Origin: Chiloscyllium plagiosum
Taxonomy: Eukaryota
Length of the DNA stretch: 64,000 bases
Direction: 5' to 3'
Assembly (NCBI RefSeq): GCF_004010195.1
Contig: NC_057719.1
Span: 5,948,376 to 6,012,375 of the forward strand
Shown here: in pieces, positions 47,715 to 61,039 of the stretch
How positions within the stretch are numbered: the stretch's first letter is position 1
Layout of the letters: each line of letters starts with the position of its first letter
Notes under the pieces: generated by a model
Database searches by the model: none
Seen by the model: the letters and a program-made list of their open reading frames with translations, nothing else
What the model was told of the DNA's origin: nothing
Made by a program: the position numbers and the translations under genes

Positions 47715-49960
47715 TGCCCCCTAACTCTCCTGAAGTTCTGGTATGCTGCTGGTGTCTTCCATGCTGAAAACTGATGCAAAGTACCTATTCAGTTCCTCCA
47801 CCATTTCTTTTTTCCCCGTTACTACTTCTCCAACCTCATTTTCCAGATGTCCAATGTCCACTCTTGTCTCTCTCTTATCTTTTAAATATCAAAAAAAACT
47901 ATTGCAGTCTTCTTTATATTTTTTAGCTAGCTGTCTTATTGCATCATCTATCCCATTGTTGCTTTTATGGCTATCCTCTATACTAGTTTTTAAAAGCTTC
48001 CCAAACCTCTGGCTTCCGGACTAATCTCCACATTGTATGTTGTTTTTCTTGCTTTTATGCTTTCCCTGACTTCCTTTATGAGCCATGGTTGCCTCATCCT
48101 CCCCTGAGTACGTCTCTTCTTCCTTGGAATGAATTTCTGCTGTGTCTCCTGAATTACCCTCAGAAACCCCTGCTATTGCGGCTCCACCATCTCCCCCACC
48201 AGGCTCCCCTTGCAATCAATTCTGGCCAACTCCTCCCTCATGTCTTTGTAGTTAACTTTACTCAATTCTAATACAGTTACTTCTGATTCCAGCTTCTCCC
48301 CCTCAAACTACAGGGTGAATTCTGTTATATTCTGCTCACTGCCCCTCGGGGTTCCATCACCTTCAGCTCCCTAATCAGGTCTGCCTCATCACCAAATCCA
48401 GAATTACCTGTTCACAGCTGCTTCAAAGAAACCACCTCATAGACATTCCACAAATTCCTTCTCTTGGGATCCGCTGCCAATCTGATTTTTCCCCGTTCAC
48501 CTGGATATTGAAGCCCCCATGATTATTGTTATAGTGCCTTTCTTACATGTCATTTCTATCTCCTGATTTATTTTCTTCCTTATATGCTGTTTACTGCTAG
48601 GAGGCCTGTAGACAGCTTCCATCTGGGTCTTTTTTCCTTCGACATTCCTCAGCTCTCCCCACACTGATTCTATGCCTTACTGCTATTGATTTAATTTCAT
48701 TTCTTCCTAACAAGGCAATCTGCCCATCTGCCTGTTCTTCTGGTAGGATGTGTATCCCAGGATGTTTGGTTCCCAGTCCTGATCCCCTTGCAGCCAGATC
48801 TCTCTGATGCATGCGATATTGTACCTGCCAATTCCAATCTGCGCTACAAGCTCATTTACCTTTTTTCATTAACTGCGTGCATTTAAGTACAACACCCTCA
48901 GTATGGCATTGACTGCCCTATTCCCATAGTTGTTCCTTTTTCTGCTGTGCCTGAAGTTAGGTTCCTGACCCTTTCCATAGTGTCTCTCCAATTACTTGTT
49001 CTGGATACTGTAATAACTTTTATTGGGTGCCCCCTCCTTTAACGTTTTCCATTATTTTCCAAGCAACTGAACCCCATCCCCTCACTGTTTAGTTTAAAGT
49101 CCTATCCACAGCCCTCCGGTCCCAGCATGATTCAGGTGGAGCCCGTCCCGTTGGAACAGCTCCCTCGTTTCCCAGTAATCGTGCCAATGTCCCATGAATT
49201 CGAGCCTGTTTCTCCAACACCAATCTTTGAACCACCTCTTTAATCTTCTTGACTCAGTGCCAATTTGCTTGTGGTTCAGGTAGTAATCCGGAGGTAATTA
49301 CTTTTCTGATTCTGCTCTTTAGTTTATCCCCTAGCTGCTTATATTCGTTCAGCAGAACCTCTCTCTACCTATATCACTGGTACCTACAAGGACCATAACA
49401 ACTGGATCTTTTCTCTCCCTCTCCCAAGTTTCTTTGCAACCCAGATGAGATATTTTGAACCTGGGCACCAGGCAGGCAACACAGCCTTCAGGACCCGCGT
49501 TGCTGGCAACAGAGAAACAATATGTATTCCCCCGACTGTACTAACCCCGATTACAACTACATTTCCCTTTTCTCCGTGCTGTTCAGTAGCTCCCTGAGCC
49601 ATGGTCAATTTGCTGCTCCTCCCTACAGCCTCCCACTCTCACCCACACGGCGGGGGCAAGAATTTCAAACCTGTTAGACAAGCTCAGGGACTGAGGCTCC
49701 TTCAGCACTACCTCCTGGATCCTTGTACCTGTGTTGCTGGTAGTCACACCCTCCTGTCCCTGAACACAGATTGAATTTGAGGTAGTTAATCTAAAGGATA
49801 TGACTGCCTCCTGAGACACAGTGTCCAGGCAGCTCTCCCACCCCAGAAGCCAGAGTTCCTTGTGCAACCAGCACTTGCTACAGATGTGGTCACTGCAAAC
49901 CATACTGGGGTCCACCAGCTCCCCCATCGTACAGTTATGATCTGCCGTTTTGCTCAAATC
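47715..49960 (-). mobile_element. CR1 LINE 5' half: ORF1 (zinc finger + SGNH esterase-like) and ORF2 endonuclease/linker
   Basis: DHICSKC and LSLSNRFEIL, then NVVVIG(D)S..G (esterase block I-like); endonuclease IIMGGFN-like motif near 48520; ELNRYFASVFS near 47770. Confidence 0.85.
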
Positions 49961-50644
49961 GCTATTTTAATTACTTAGTTCTTAATTTGATTTTTCAACA
50001 TTTCCTACTGATGGTTTAGTTTGTAGCCTGTAAATATTTCCCCTATTTACCTTCAACCTGAAGGTAACCAATAAGAGATAGTCAAATTAGTAGCAATCAT
50101 CAACCAATGAACTTGTGTTTTAAGTGTGATGCCACTCTTTTTGTGCTGGACCCTTGATCCTGGGCTTCTTTTTATCCTGTTTATATAAAAAAAAAGTCCC
50201 CCAGTCCTCATTTACCATCCCACCAGCATCCACATTAGCTGCTGTTTCTGCCACCTCCAGCAGGAAGCCACCACCAATTACATATTCTCCACCCGTATCA
50301 TCCTTCCACAGTGACCATCCCCTCCAGGACAACTTAGTCCAGTCCTAACAAGCCCCAAAAGCCCCATGGCACCTTCCCATGCAGTTGCAGAAAATGTAAC
50401 ACCTAATGGTTAATTCCTCTCTCCTCAGTATCCAAGGGTCCACACGCACCTTCCAGGTGAAGCAACAATTTACCTGCACTTCGCTCAATCTAGTCTATTG
50501 TATTTGCTGCTCACAATGTTGTCTCCTCTACATTCGGCGAATGAAATGCAGACTGGATGACCGCTTTCAAGAACACCTACATGTTGTTCTTAAAAATGAT
50601 CCTGAACTTCTGACACTTCAACACACCGCCATGTTCCCTGAACA

Positions 50645-51450
50645 CCATTTCATTTTCTGCTCAGGGACACTGCAACCTTCAGGGTTCCATAATAAATTCT
50701 ATAATTTTAGGGCCTGAGAACCTTCTCCCATGTTCTTATCCTAAACCCCACACAGCAGTCCTTTTCGTCAAATGGACTGCTCTCATCGAACCAACCTGTT
50801 TTCACCCATTAATGGACCCTATTAGCAACATTTCATTCTCCCCAGCTCAACATTAACCATTCCTGTCTGCCCAACTGTTGTTCTCTCCCTTTGGGCTTCA
50901 TGTTCACTTATTGTTTACTCCCAGCCCAGTCTTTCGCATAGTCATAGAGTCATAGAGACGTACAGCATGGAAACAGGCCCTTTGGTCCAACTCGTCCATG
51001 CCGACCAGATATCCCAACCCAATCTTGTCCCACCTGCCAGCACCCGTCCATTTCATTTTCTGCTCAGGGACACTGCAACCTTCAGGGTTCCATAATAAAT
51101 TCTATAATTTTAGGGCCTGAGAACCTTCTCCCATGTTCTTATCCTAAACCCCACACAGCAGTCCTTTTCGTCAAATGGACTGCTCTCATCGAACCAACCT
51201 GTTTTCACCCATTAATGGACCCTATTAGCAACATTTCATTCTCCCCAGCTCAACATTAACCATTCCTGTCTGCCCAACTGTTGTTCTCTCCCTTTGGGCT
51301 TCATGTTCACTTATTGTTTACTCCCAGCCCAGTCTTTCGCATAGTCATAGAGTCATAGAGATGTACAGCATGGAAACAGGCCCTTTGGTCCAACTCGTCC
51401 ATGCCGACCAGATATCCCAACCCAATCTTGTCCCACCTGCCAGCACCCGT
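50645..51450 (+). repeat. Tandem duplication, 403-bp units
   Basis: 50645-51047 is repeated at 51048-51450; only one substitution noticed (gagacgtac vs gagatgtac). Confidence 0.95.
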
Positions 51451-51808
51451 CCCATATCCCTCCATACCCTCCCTATTCATTTACAGGGTTCAGAAAAGAT
51501 TTACAAGGATATTGCCAGGGTTGGAGGATTTGAGCTATAGGGAGAGATTGAATAGGCTGGGGCTGTTTTCTCTGGAGCGTCAGAGTCTGAGGGGTGACCT
51601 TATAGAGGTTTATAAAATCATGAGGGGCATGGATAGGGTAATTAGATGACGTCTTTTCCCTGGGGTGGGGGAATCCAGAATTAGAGGGCATAGGTTTAGG
51701 GTGAGAGGGGAAATATATAAAAAAGACCTTCGGGGCAACTTTTTCACGCAGAGGGTGGAATGTGTATGGAATGAGCTCCTAGAGGAAGTGGTGGAGGCTG
51801 GTACAATT
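51344..51808. mobile_element. HER1/CR1 LINE insertion with 5' inversion (3' tail on minus 51344-51480; upstream part on plus 51481-51811)
   Basis: Orientation switch at 51480/51481; RVQKRFTRILPGLEDLSYRERLNRLGLFSLE on plus; GCATA direct repeat at 51339-51343 and 51809-51813. Confidence 0.88.
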
Positions 51809-52788
51809 GCATAATTTGCCAACCTTTTCCTGGCTGCTTTCAGTTCCAAAGGAGAGTCACTAGAATCAAAATGTTGGCTCTGCTTTCTTTCCACAGATGC
51901 TGCCAGACCTGTTGAGTTTCCCCAGCAGTTTTTGTTCTTGTTTATTTTCCTGGTATTGCTGACACTTTCAGGCTGGGCTGTGTACCACACCGAGAACCAG
52001 CACTTTTTTCCCCCAGAGTAGGCAGTGGTTCCACAGGCAAGGACTGATCTTTTCCAGGATGGGCTATGGCTCCAGTACTTGTATCTATAGTTTTACAGAG
52101 TGAGCTGTAATTCCAGTGTGATGTCACAGCTCACGACAGCCTCTCCTGCTCTGTGGTGATGACTACTGCATTTGTGCGACTTTGCACAATTTTCATCTTG
52201 AGTTTGACAATCAAAATCCATAGACTAGTGCAGTTTCCCACAAGAGTCTCTGTGTATTGATCAGGAGCAGGAGCCCACTTCTTTCCAGTTCTAATTCTGC
52301 CTCTTAGCCTGGGTCCAGTGCAGCCAATTATCGTAACCCTGTGAGTTCTTAGATGGGATCAGCTAACTCAGTAGTGTGGAGAACCAAACCTCAGGCATGC
52401 CTTGTTACAGGTTGGTGCCATGCGAGGCCCTGCATAACTGCAGTAAAACATTCCTACTTCTGAAATCAAGATTTGGATTCTTTCTTTACCTGTAAAGGAA
52501 GCTGTAACATTTTCTAGCATAACATTTTCTTTTAAAGTGAATGGTGTTTTTGAATATTATGGTGCAGTAATTCTAAAAGTGCATGTAACATCAGAATGTT
52601 GAGAAGTGAAAATAAACACCATCAGAACAAAGCTGCTGAAATTCCCTCCAGAAACAATAACACTATCCCTTTTGAGCCAGACACAATGCTGAAGTTGTAA
52701 TGTTAGTGGAGTTGCTGGATTATATTTTCACCAAACATAGTTCTCTCAAACTTGTTGATGGAAGATGTTGACTCTCTTTCAATAATCT

Positions 52789-53123
52789 TTCCTCTGGGAC
52801 ACCCGCACCAACCAACCCAACTGCCCTGTGGCTGAACACTTTAACTCCCCCTCCCACTCTGCCAAGGACATGCAGGTCCTTGGCCTCCTCCATCGCCATG
52901 GCAAGTGACGCCTGGAGGAAGAGCGCCTCATCTTCCGCCTAGGAACCCTCCAACCACAAGGGATGAATGCAGATTTCTCCAGCTTCCTCATTTCCCCTCC
53001 CCCCCCACCTTTTCTCAAGGGCTTATGCCCGAAATGTCGATTCTCCTGCTCCTTTGATGCTGCCTGCGCTTTTCCAGCAACACATTTTTCAGCTCTGGTC
53101 TCCAGCATCTGCAGTCCTCACTT
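52789..53123 (+). mobile_element. Penelope-like 3' fragment, internally deleted
   Basis: RLEEERLIFRLGTLQPQGMNADF; 16-bp TSD TCTCTTTCAATAATCT (52773-52788, 53124-53139). Confidence 0.9.
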
Positions 53124-54958
53124 TCTCTTTCAATAATCTGTTGAGTGAAGGCCAGCCAATTAGCCACAGATTGTAACCAATCACTCTGAACCATTTTTGC
53201 TCTAAACTGTTCTGTTGAAATCAGATTCTTTAGTTGAATTACTTGAACAATCAGTGATGTTGATAAATATTTTGAACGCATTGAAGATACGTTGAGTTGC
53301 ATAGGCAGAGCAGTGGGATGTTAATCCCCCAAAGTTGTGTCAAAGGCTTTTACTAACGTAATCAATGATTAGGCAGACTACTCTCTATGGTGGTCATCAA
53401 ATTTTAAAAGAAGCATAATTGCATGGAAAAAGCTGCACAGAAGGTTAATCCAGAGTAGAGGGGATGAAGATGAAGAGGCTGTTCCAGGAAAGTGTAGGAA
53501 GTATTACTTGGCTAATGGTTAATATTAATCCTGTCTTAATAATTTGCTACATGAAGGTGAATCAGAACATTAGTTTGTCAATCAGAACACTTGCAAGAAA
53601 CTGTTTCCATTCAGTGTGATCTGTAATGAGCTACCAGGTAAGGTTGCAGAATCAGCCTTAGCAAAGAAAGGTTCAGGACGATGCTGAATGTGATATTGAG
53701 TTGAAGTAATAGCAGTAATAATAAAATGACTAATGTTTGATAAAACTGAAGATAACAGGAACTGGTAAGCAGCCTAACGGTGGGCTGTTATATGAATAGA
53801 AGTATGCTAAGTCAATTAGATTTGCTAAGAATTAAAACTGCAGGATACCAGGAGCTGCTGGCTCTATCAGACAAGGTACACATTTGGATAAAACATTTTG
53901 GATTGTTCATGTGCACAGATAAGTCCAAAGAAGGCATGCATTTGGACAATAAGTTCAGGATTGGTCATATGCATGTATAATTCCAAGTAAGTCATGCAGT
54001 TGGCACAGAGACTTGTGAATAAAAAGCTTGAAGAAATCTCCTGGGTAATAACATTTGGGTTTAGTTACAGACATCACGGTAGTGAAAGACAGGTGATTGA
54101 GATATCAGTAGTAGTTATAAGTGTGTGTTATTTGTTTCAGTACTTAATAAATGAATTGTGATTTTATAAAGCTCTAGGTGTCTCTGCTGTATCTTCGTCT
54201 ATGTGTTAAGTGTTGTCTCTCAGACACCAAATGTCTGCCTTTTTCATGTGATTTATAATGGGAATTTCAGGTTTTTTAATAGTTAAGTGCGATTTCTGGA
54301 GTTCTAGCCAAAATGCCCTTAAACGTTTTCAAGTAGGCAGCATTTACTTGATCCAGTTTGCATAAATGCTACTGGATTGTCAAAGGTTCTCATTCTTGGT
54401 CGCTAACCAGGCTGGAGATTGATGTGATAACATTCACGACCAGCTGTACTGCCCTTTTTAGAGCTTCAGTAATAAATAGAGGCATGTGAAGACCATACAA
54501 CCCCTTGAAGCTGCTCCACCATTCAGTGCAATCATGGCTGGTGATCTGCCTCACCTCCACTTTGCTGACCGGTCCTTATATCCCTTGATTCCCTGAGTGA
54601 GCTTTCACAATATTCCAAAGATACACAGCCTTCTGATTGAAGACATTTTTTCTCATCTCAGTTTTCAAAGATTGTTACCTTTTCTGAAACTGTGTCATAT
54701 GTTCTAGGTTTCCTGGAGAAACTATTACTCAGTATCTTTGCTGTGAAGCTCCTTCAGAAGCTTGTATGTTTCAAAGACAACACCCACCTCTCATTCTTTT
54801 TACTCACCCTGCCTAGAATCATACCATGAAGAATGGCGAATGAGTGAACTAGCTGCATTGGATCTGCACAGTTCCTTAACTCAGATCCTACCAGTAGAGA
54901 TGTGGAAATTATTGGGAATATGCAGTGTTACTAAGCTCCATTTTAATTTACTTTCCAG

Positions 54959-55161
54959 CTGAAGTATACATTGGAATGGGAAAGCCTACAGAGGCCACAG
55001 CATGCATCCAGGAGGCAGCTAACCTTTTCCCCACATCTCACAACGTATTGTTCATGCGTGGTCAAGTTGCAGAACTCCGAGGGAATATTGATGAAGCTAA
55101 GCGCTGGTATGAAGAGGCTTTGTCGATCAGTCCCACTCATGTCAAGACAATGCAAAGACTG
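54959..55161 (+). CDS. TTC7B: TTC7B penultimate coding exon (203 nt, phase 1/0), C-terminal TPR repeats: AEVYIGMGKPTEATACIQEAANLFPTSHNVLFMRGQVAELRGNIDEAKRWYEEALSISPTHVKTMQRL
   Basis: ttactttccag| acceptor and CTG|gtaagt donor. TPR pattern (EA..WYEEAL.I.P) matches the remembered TTC7B C-terminal region. The final exon was not found in the window. Confidence 0.96.
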
Positions 55162-56149
55162 GTAAGTGAATTTTTTTGTGGATGTTTTTGGAAGCCGATA
55201 ACGTATCCTGAAAATTAAAACCCAAAATGTCTCTGCCTAGTTGTAATGTATAATCATGCAATTAAAAAGTATTTTTGTATCTCCAGCTTAAGTGTTGGTA
55301 ACGTTATTTCCATCCAGTTTTGTTGTGCCATCAGCAGCATCACTAACATTCCTGTTAATGTCTTCATCGTAAACTTTTATATTCACTTTTATAATGAAAA
55401 CATTGTTATGTCTGTAGCGATCAGTAATGTACAGATGTGATTACGTTGTGACAAGTGTACATTGGCAATTACTATTGTAAATGTGCACAAGAAATTTTAA
55501 TAGCAATATGTACATGTTAACAACAGAATTTATGGTTTCAAAAGGAAAAGACACCAAATTACATCCTGCCTGATTCAATTACTCCGCTGTGGGAATGATT
55601 TCTGTTTGAGAATCCAGAGATAAAATATGGTATCAACAGAAGTGACAAACCAGTCCAGTTGCTGTCAAACAAGAATGGTGTTGAATTTTCTTTGGATCAA
55701 AACCAGCCTTACTTACTCAGTGCAGCCTGCATATGACTCCAGGCCCACACCGACATATCTGGCTATCAAAGTGACCTAACAAACTGTCTATAACGGATTC
55801 AAAGATTAAACCTAATCTACTGTTTTGATTATAAATAAGGTTGTGTGGTAGTTGATAATTGAGTTGTCATTTGACAGTCTCCTCATTGTCATTGGGTACT
55901 ATTGTAACTGCAAGTATCATTTTCATAATAAGGAAAATTGTGAGATTTGTTTTTGGCAAATGGAAAATGTGAGAAAATTTAGGTAAGAAATCTTTCCATT
56001 TGAATCTCTGATCTGCTAAAATAGTACATTCATATTCTGAAACTCTTTGCACCCAGAAAACAAATTCTTTATACAGTTTGAATTGGCTTAATTGGATTCC
56101 AGAGTCATGTCACCTTGTTCCAGATTCCCTATTCCTGAGGGAATTGGGG

Positions 56150-56790
56150 AGGGAGTTACGTGGTTTTCCCCAGCAACATTGAGGGTTGGCAGTATATTTC
56201 CAAGGCAGGATGGTGAATGGCTTGGAGAGCTGAAAGGTGGTGGTGTTATCATGTATCTGCTGCACTTATCCTTCTAGGTGGAAGCAGTCATGGATTTGGA
56301 AGGTGCTGTCTAAAGAATCTTTAAGAATTTCTGCACTGCAACTTACATTTAGTACACATTGCTGCTACTGAGCATTGGTGGTGGAGGAAAGTGAATGTTT
56401 GAAGATGTGATGCCCATCAAGTGGGCTGTTTTGTCCTGGATGGCGTCAAGCTTCTTAAGTGTCATTGGAACTGCACTCATCCAAGCAAATAGGGAGTATT
56501 CCATTACACTTGTGCCTTGTTGATGGTGACAGGTTTTGGGGAGTATTACTTGCTGAGTATTTCTTGCCTCTGACCTGGTCTTGATGCCATAGTTTCTTGG
56601 TGTAGCCCTCAAGAGATTGATATTGGGGATTCAGTGTGAAGTAATGATGTTCAATGTCAGTGGGCAGTGGTTCAGTTCTTCTTTGTGGCAGGTGGTCATT
56701 GCCTGGCAGTTGTTTGCTGCAAATGCAATTTACCCCTGAAAAACCCAAGCCTGAATGGTGTCCAGGATTTGTTGCACCTTGATATGTTCT
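56150..56790 (-). mobile_element. CR1/L2-group LINE 3' fragment (abundant shark family)
   Basis: Minus peptide SVMEYSLFAWMSAVPMTLKKLDAIQDKTAHLMG; related 3' UTR pieces at ~7190-7440. Confidence 0.75.
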
Positions 56791-58116
56791 GCTTCAGACT
56801 TGACCAGGTGGCTCTCGTATGTTTGAGAGTTGTACCCCTCAGTCTGTATTCTGGCATCCAATACCTTTTTAGCCAGTGCATAAGCATTGGCACCTGGTCT
56901 GTGAAATAATACCCAGTGTGAGTCAATCTTTAACACATGGAGAAACCCTGACATAAATGTTCTTGAATCCTGAATTACCAGCAGTTTCTATGGGCATTCA
57001 GTCTACTCCCTGTCCTAGCTGAGTTTTGCTCTAAACTGCATTACACCTGGATTAGATCAGTAACATGCTTAGCTGCCAATGGTTTTCTTAATCATTGATC
57101 ATTTTTGTAAATAATTTTTCCCAGAAATGTTTTACTGATGCTTGTAAAATCTCAAATGGTAAGTCAGCTGGAAGTTGTATCTGATATTTGTGAATGTGCA
57201 CTATTTACAATGTAGTACTGGGCTAGCTGCCATGAGCTGATCAGTTCAGGTCCCAATAGTGTGTGAAATGGTAATTTTTAATTTCCTGAATCCATGGAAG
57301 CCATAGAACCATTGTGTTAGCAAGAAACCAATTAGTTCATTGACGTGATCCAGCTGACTTATGACCCTAGTCTCTCAATATTGCACAGACGTTATACCAT
57401 TGAAACAGGTCATTCAGCCTGTGTCAGTGTTTATGTTCTCCCTTAGTTCTTACTGTCACATCAATAGATCGTTCTGTTCCTTTCTACCTCACACTCACTG
57501 AATTCTCCTTAAATGCAGGATGTAAATTTGACTCCTGTTGCCAGCCGGAATGGCCTCAAAAACCACACTATATTTAATTTTTTAAAAACTACAGACAGCA
57601 AGGCCAGGCAACACACACCGCCTTGCTGGTGTCACTCCATTCTTCAGATTGAATTTTTAAAAATAGAATAACTTTTAGCTGATTGTCAAAAGAAAGAAAC
57701 GTGGGCCTCTTCAATTTTATAGGCCACCAATCCCACCCTCGCAAAAGGTACATTTACCGCCTACGCAGGAGCCTTTTTTTGACATTTATAGAAACCTGGA
57801 GCACAGAAAGAGATTATTTAACCCATCATCCTGTTTGGCTTTTTGAAAGAACTGTCCAATGATTTCCACACCCTACCTTTTCCCTAAAATCCTGCAAGTA
57901 AAGTTTCCATACAGACCTAATTGAGAATATTAATTGTATGCTTGTGAGTTTTATTAGGTGTCAGATCTGTTCCTGTTTTATAGGATAAGAAAATGGGCCA
58001 ATCCTTGATTGATTTGTGAACTGACTAAGAGCCTTTCTGAAAAACAGCAGACACTAAACTTTTATTTCTTCTTGGACCTGAACCTTTAGCTAACGTTTCC
58101 TCAAACTTTGTTTTTG

Positions 58117-58283
58117 TCAGAAGTCACAAGACACCAGGTTATCATCTAACATGTTTATTTGAAATCCAAAGGAACAGCAGTCCGAAAGCTTGTGATTTCA
58201 AATAAACCTGTTGGACTATAATCTAATGTTATATGACTTCTGACTTTTTTTTCACGCAGTCCAACACCTGCACCTCCACATCA
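58117..58283. mobile_element. Inverted mini-insertion of another Penelope-like family (related fragment at ~9085-9155)
   Basis: Arms gtcagaagtcaca..acaccaggttat..tctaaca.gtttatttgaaatc / gatttcaaataaacctgttggactataatct..tgttatatgacttctgac. Confidence 0.65.
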
Positions 58284-59264
58284 TTGTTTTTCTTGGCTTT
58301 AACATGTGGTCATTGTAAATGCACAGTTCGTTATCTGCAGTGTCCTCCTTGACCAATATTAATGGTATTTGTTAGGTAGCAGCTGTTCCTATTTAAAAGG
58401 GTAATCAAAAGGCCACCCTTGGAACAGTTAGCCCTGCTTAGTCAGTTGGTTAAATCTTACTTAACAGAGAGACATGTTGCTGAAGCTTTTTGTGTTGAAG
58501 TGATTAGGGCAAATGCACAAAGGTAAAATTTCAAACAATTTTACTACAAGCAAAATGATGTCGATTGATCAGCAAGTTGACTCTGGCTGGGCAAGGCATT
58601 GCCATAGAGAAAGTGTGTTGTGGGAAAAAAAGAGTTTATTTGAAATTTTGGCACTCTCTTGCATTTATCCAGATGAATGCAAGCTGAAGAGTTTCAGTGA
58701 CATGTCTCTCTGTGTCCGGCAAATTCAGTTTCTGTACCACCTAGTTGGTTGACTTCAAAGCTAACATGTTGATTGTTCTTAACATCTGGCATACATGATG
58801 CAGAAGAAATCACGTGGAACCTGGCCACTGAATGGTTGTTCTGGAGGTGTTTTCAGGATGTCCTTCTGTTGCTGTTAGGCCCCCCCCCCTTATACGTTGG
58901 GGTGATGTTAGAGATTTTTAAAAAATGTCAATGTAAGCAATTCAACATGAAGAAAATAAAGTGTAAGTAAAAGGTGCCTGTGAAGAAAAAAAGGGAGTAA
59001 AGACCCAATCCTGATAATGAAGTTTGACTTAAATTCCCCGATTGGGATTGAACTCGCTGGGAGGCTCTTCTGTTGGCTCAATTAAATCCAACTCTTGTCT
59101 CCTACCAGAGCCATTGTTAATCCAATACTTCCTGAGTCTGCAGTTCTAGCATGAGGATAGAATTGCTGCATTTAGTTAGATGACAGCTCAGAGGTTCCTG
59201 GAAGCTAACCCAATCAGCATGAAATCTGCTTAACTACCCATCTAGCTGAGGTGACTTTGCCAGA

Positions 59265-60295
59265 ATAATAAAATAAAGAACTGTGGATGCTGGGAATCTG
59301 AAACAAAAACAGGAAGTGCTGGAGAAACTCTGTGGGTCTGGCAGCACTTGTGGAGAGAAAAACAAAGTTAACGTCAATCAGTTGACTATGCTGGGAGCAA
59401 CCCATACAAAACAGGACCTAGGGGTATTGTGTGCAATAACGAACTTAGAGAAGGTATTCACATTTTGAAATTGTTAAACTTGATATTGAGTCCTGCATGC
59501 TGTAAGTTCCCCAAATGGAATCTGAGGTGGTGTTCCTCCAGTTTGTGTTGAGCTTCACTGGGACCCTGCAGCAGGTGGTGTATTGAAGCAGTAGGCAACT
59601 GAAACCTCAGGATCATCTTTGTAGACAGAACATAGGTGTTCTAGAAGTGGTCACCCAGTCTGTGTTTTGTCTCCCCAGTGTAGAGGCGACCACACTGTGA
59701 GCAGCAAATAGAATAGACTAGACAAGATTGCGTGAAATACCAGTAAATTGCTGCTTCACTTGGAAGTTGTGTCAGGGGTTTTGGATAGTGAGTAAGAAAA
59801 GTCGTACCTTCTGTGATTGTATGGAAAGATGCTGTGGGGTGTGAGGAAGTGTTGGGAATGGAAGAGGCGTGGACCAGGGTGTCCCAGCAGGAACAGCCTC
59901 TGCGGAAACCTAAGGGTGGGGAGGGGAATATGTATCTGGTGGTGGCAGTCTTCTGGAGGTGGTGGAAATGCAGACTAGTGACCCTCAGGATGTGAATACT
60001 GATGGGATAGAGAGTGAGGACCAAGGGATCCTATCGTTGTTGTGGGAGGGAAGAGAAGGGGTGAGCGCAGAACTATGAAATATGGGCCAGATCTGGCTAA
60101 GAATCCTGTCAACCATGGCAAGGGATATTCATTTGAGGAAAAATGTGGACCTTTCAGAGGTCGGGAACTGGTGTCATAAGAACATGCAACGGAGAAACTC
60201 CGAGAATGGATTGGAGTCTTTACAGAAAACATGATGTGGGGATGTATGGTCAAGGAAACTACGGGAGTCAGTGGGTTTGTAAGGGATGTTAGTCA
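59265..60295 (-). mobile_element. Older Penelope-like element (RT C-terminus to GIY-YIG to 3' end)
   Basis: Minus ORF 59641..60024 ends LVYSICCSQCGRLYTGETKHRLGDHF. Confidence 0.85.
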
Positions 60296-61039
60296 ACATG
60301 ACTAAAGTATTCTTTAGCTATTTATTTCAAGGCTGGTTGTGGAATTAATTGGGTGTTACCATTTCTACACTACAAAAGATATTCAGTAACTGAGAAACAT
60401 ATTTACAGTATCCAAGTTCCATGAAGTTGCTGTATAAATGCAAGTTCATACCTCATTTCTTTAATTTTGCTTTCTTCACATTTAGCTGTCCTTTGCATGG
60501 TTTCCTTTTCCTTTTTTATTGTGCCTGTAACTTTCATTTGAGAGTCAGTGTGAAAACTGAGCATGATTACTGATATTTATGGCTGGAATGGGGGGAGACG
60601 TTGTTTTGCAATGGATCTGGTTAGTGAAAATGTCACAGACAGAAGCTGTTAAGCAGACTTCCTGATCCAGGGTCAGAGGAATCCAGTTTTCGGGAATGCA
60701 CAAACAGGCAGAAGGTGCACCCCTGGCAAGTGCTTGACTGTGAAGTCAATCCACTGACGAGCTGAAGAAGGATCGGAACTGATAATACGACACAAATAAC
60801 TACTCAGACACCTCCTACAAGCAGGCTGTTGGGCCTAGAACAAGCTACTGCTTTATTTTAGGGGGAGGTGTTTTCTGCTCAGTAAAGTGAAAGATGTAGA
60901 GAGCGAGAGAGAAATTGGTAGACTGAGCCAATCTAAAATCAAAGCAGGAAAGGATGGAATTACACAGCAGCTGAAATGAGTGAGACAGAGAGAGGGAGTG
61001 AGTGTTTTTGACCCGGGTCACTTGAAACAAATCTGTCTT

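Larger units (their letters stand above)
50190..51945 (+). mobile_element. Older Penelope-like element with GIY-YIG domain, interrupted by a duplication and a HER1 insertion
   Basis: ORF 50406..50717 reads FTCTSLNLVYCICCSQCCLLYI..MKCRLDDRFQEHL; the terminal motif resumes at 51814. Confidence 0.85.

Noticed and set aside
57517..57765. Possible Harbinger-like MITE (aggatgtaaatt ... atttaccgcct)
   Set aside because: The terminal match is too degenerate and there is no clear TSD.
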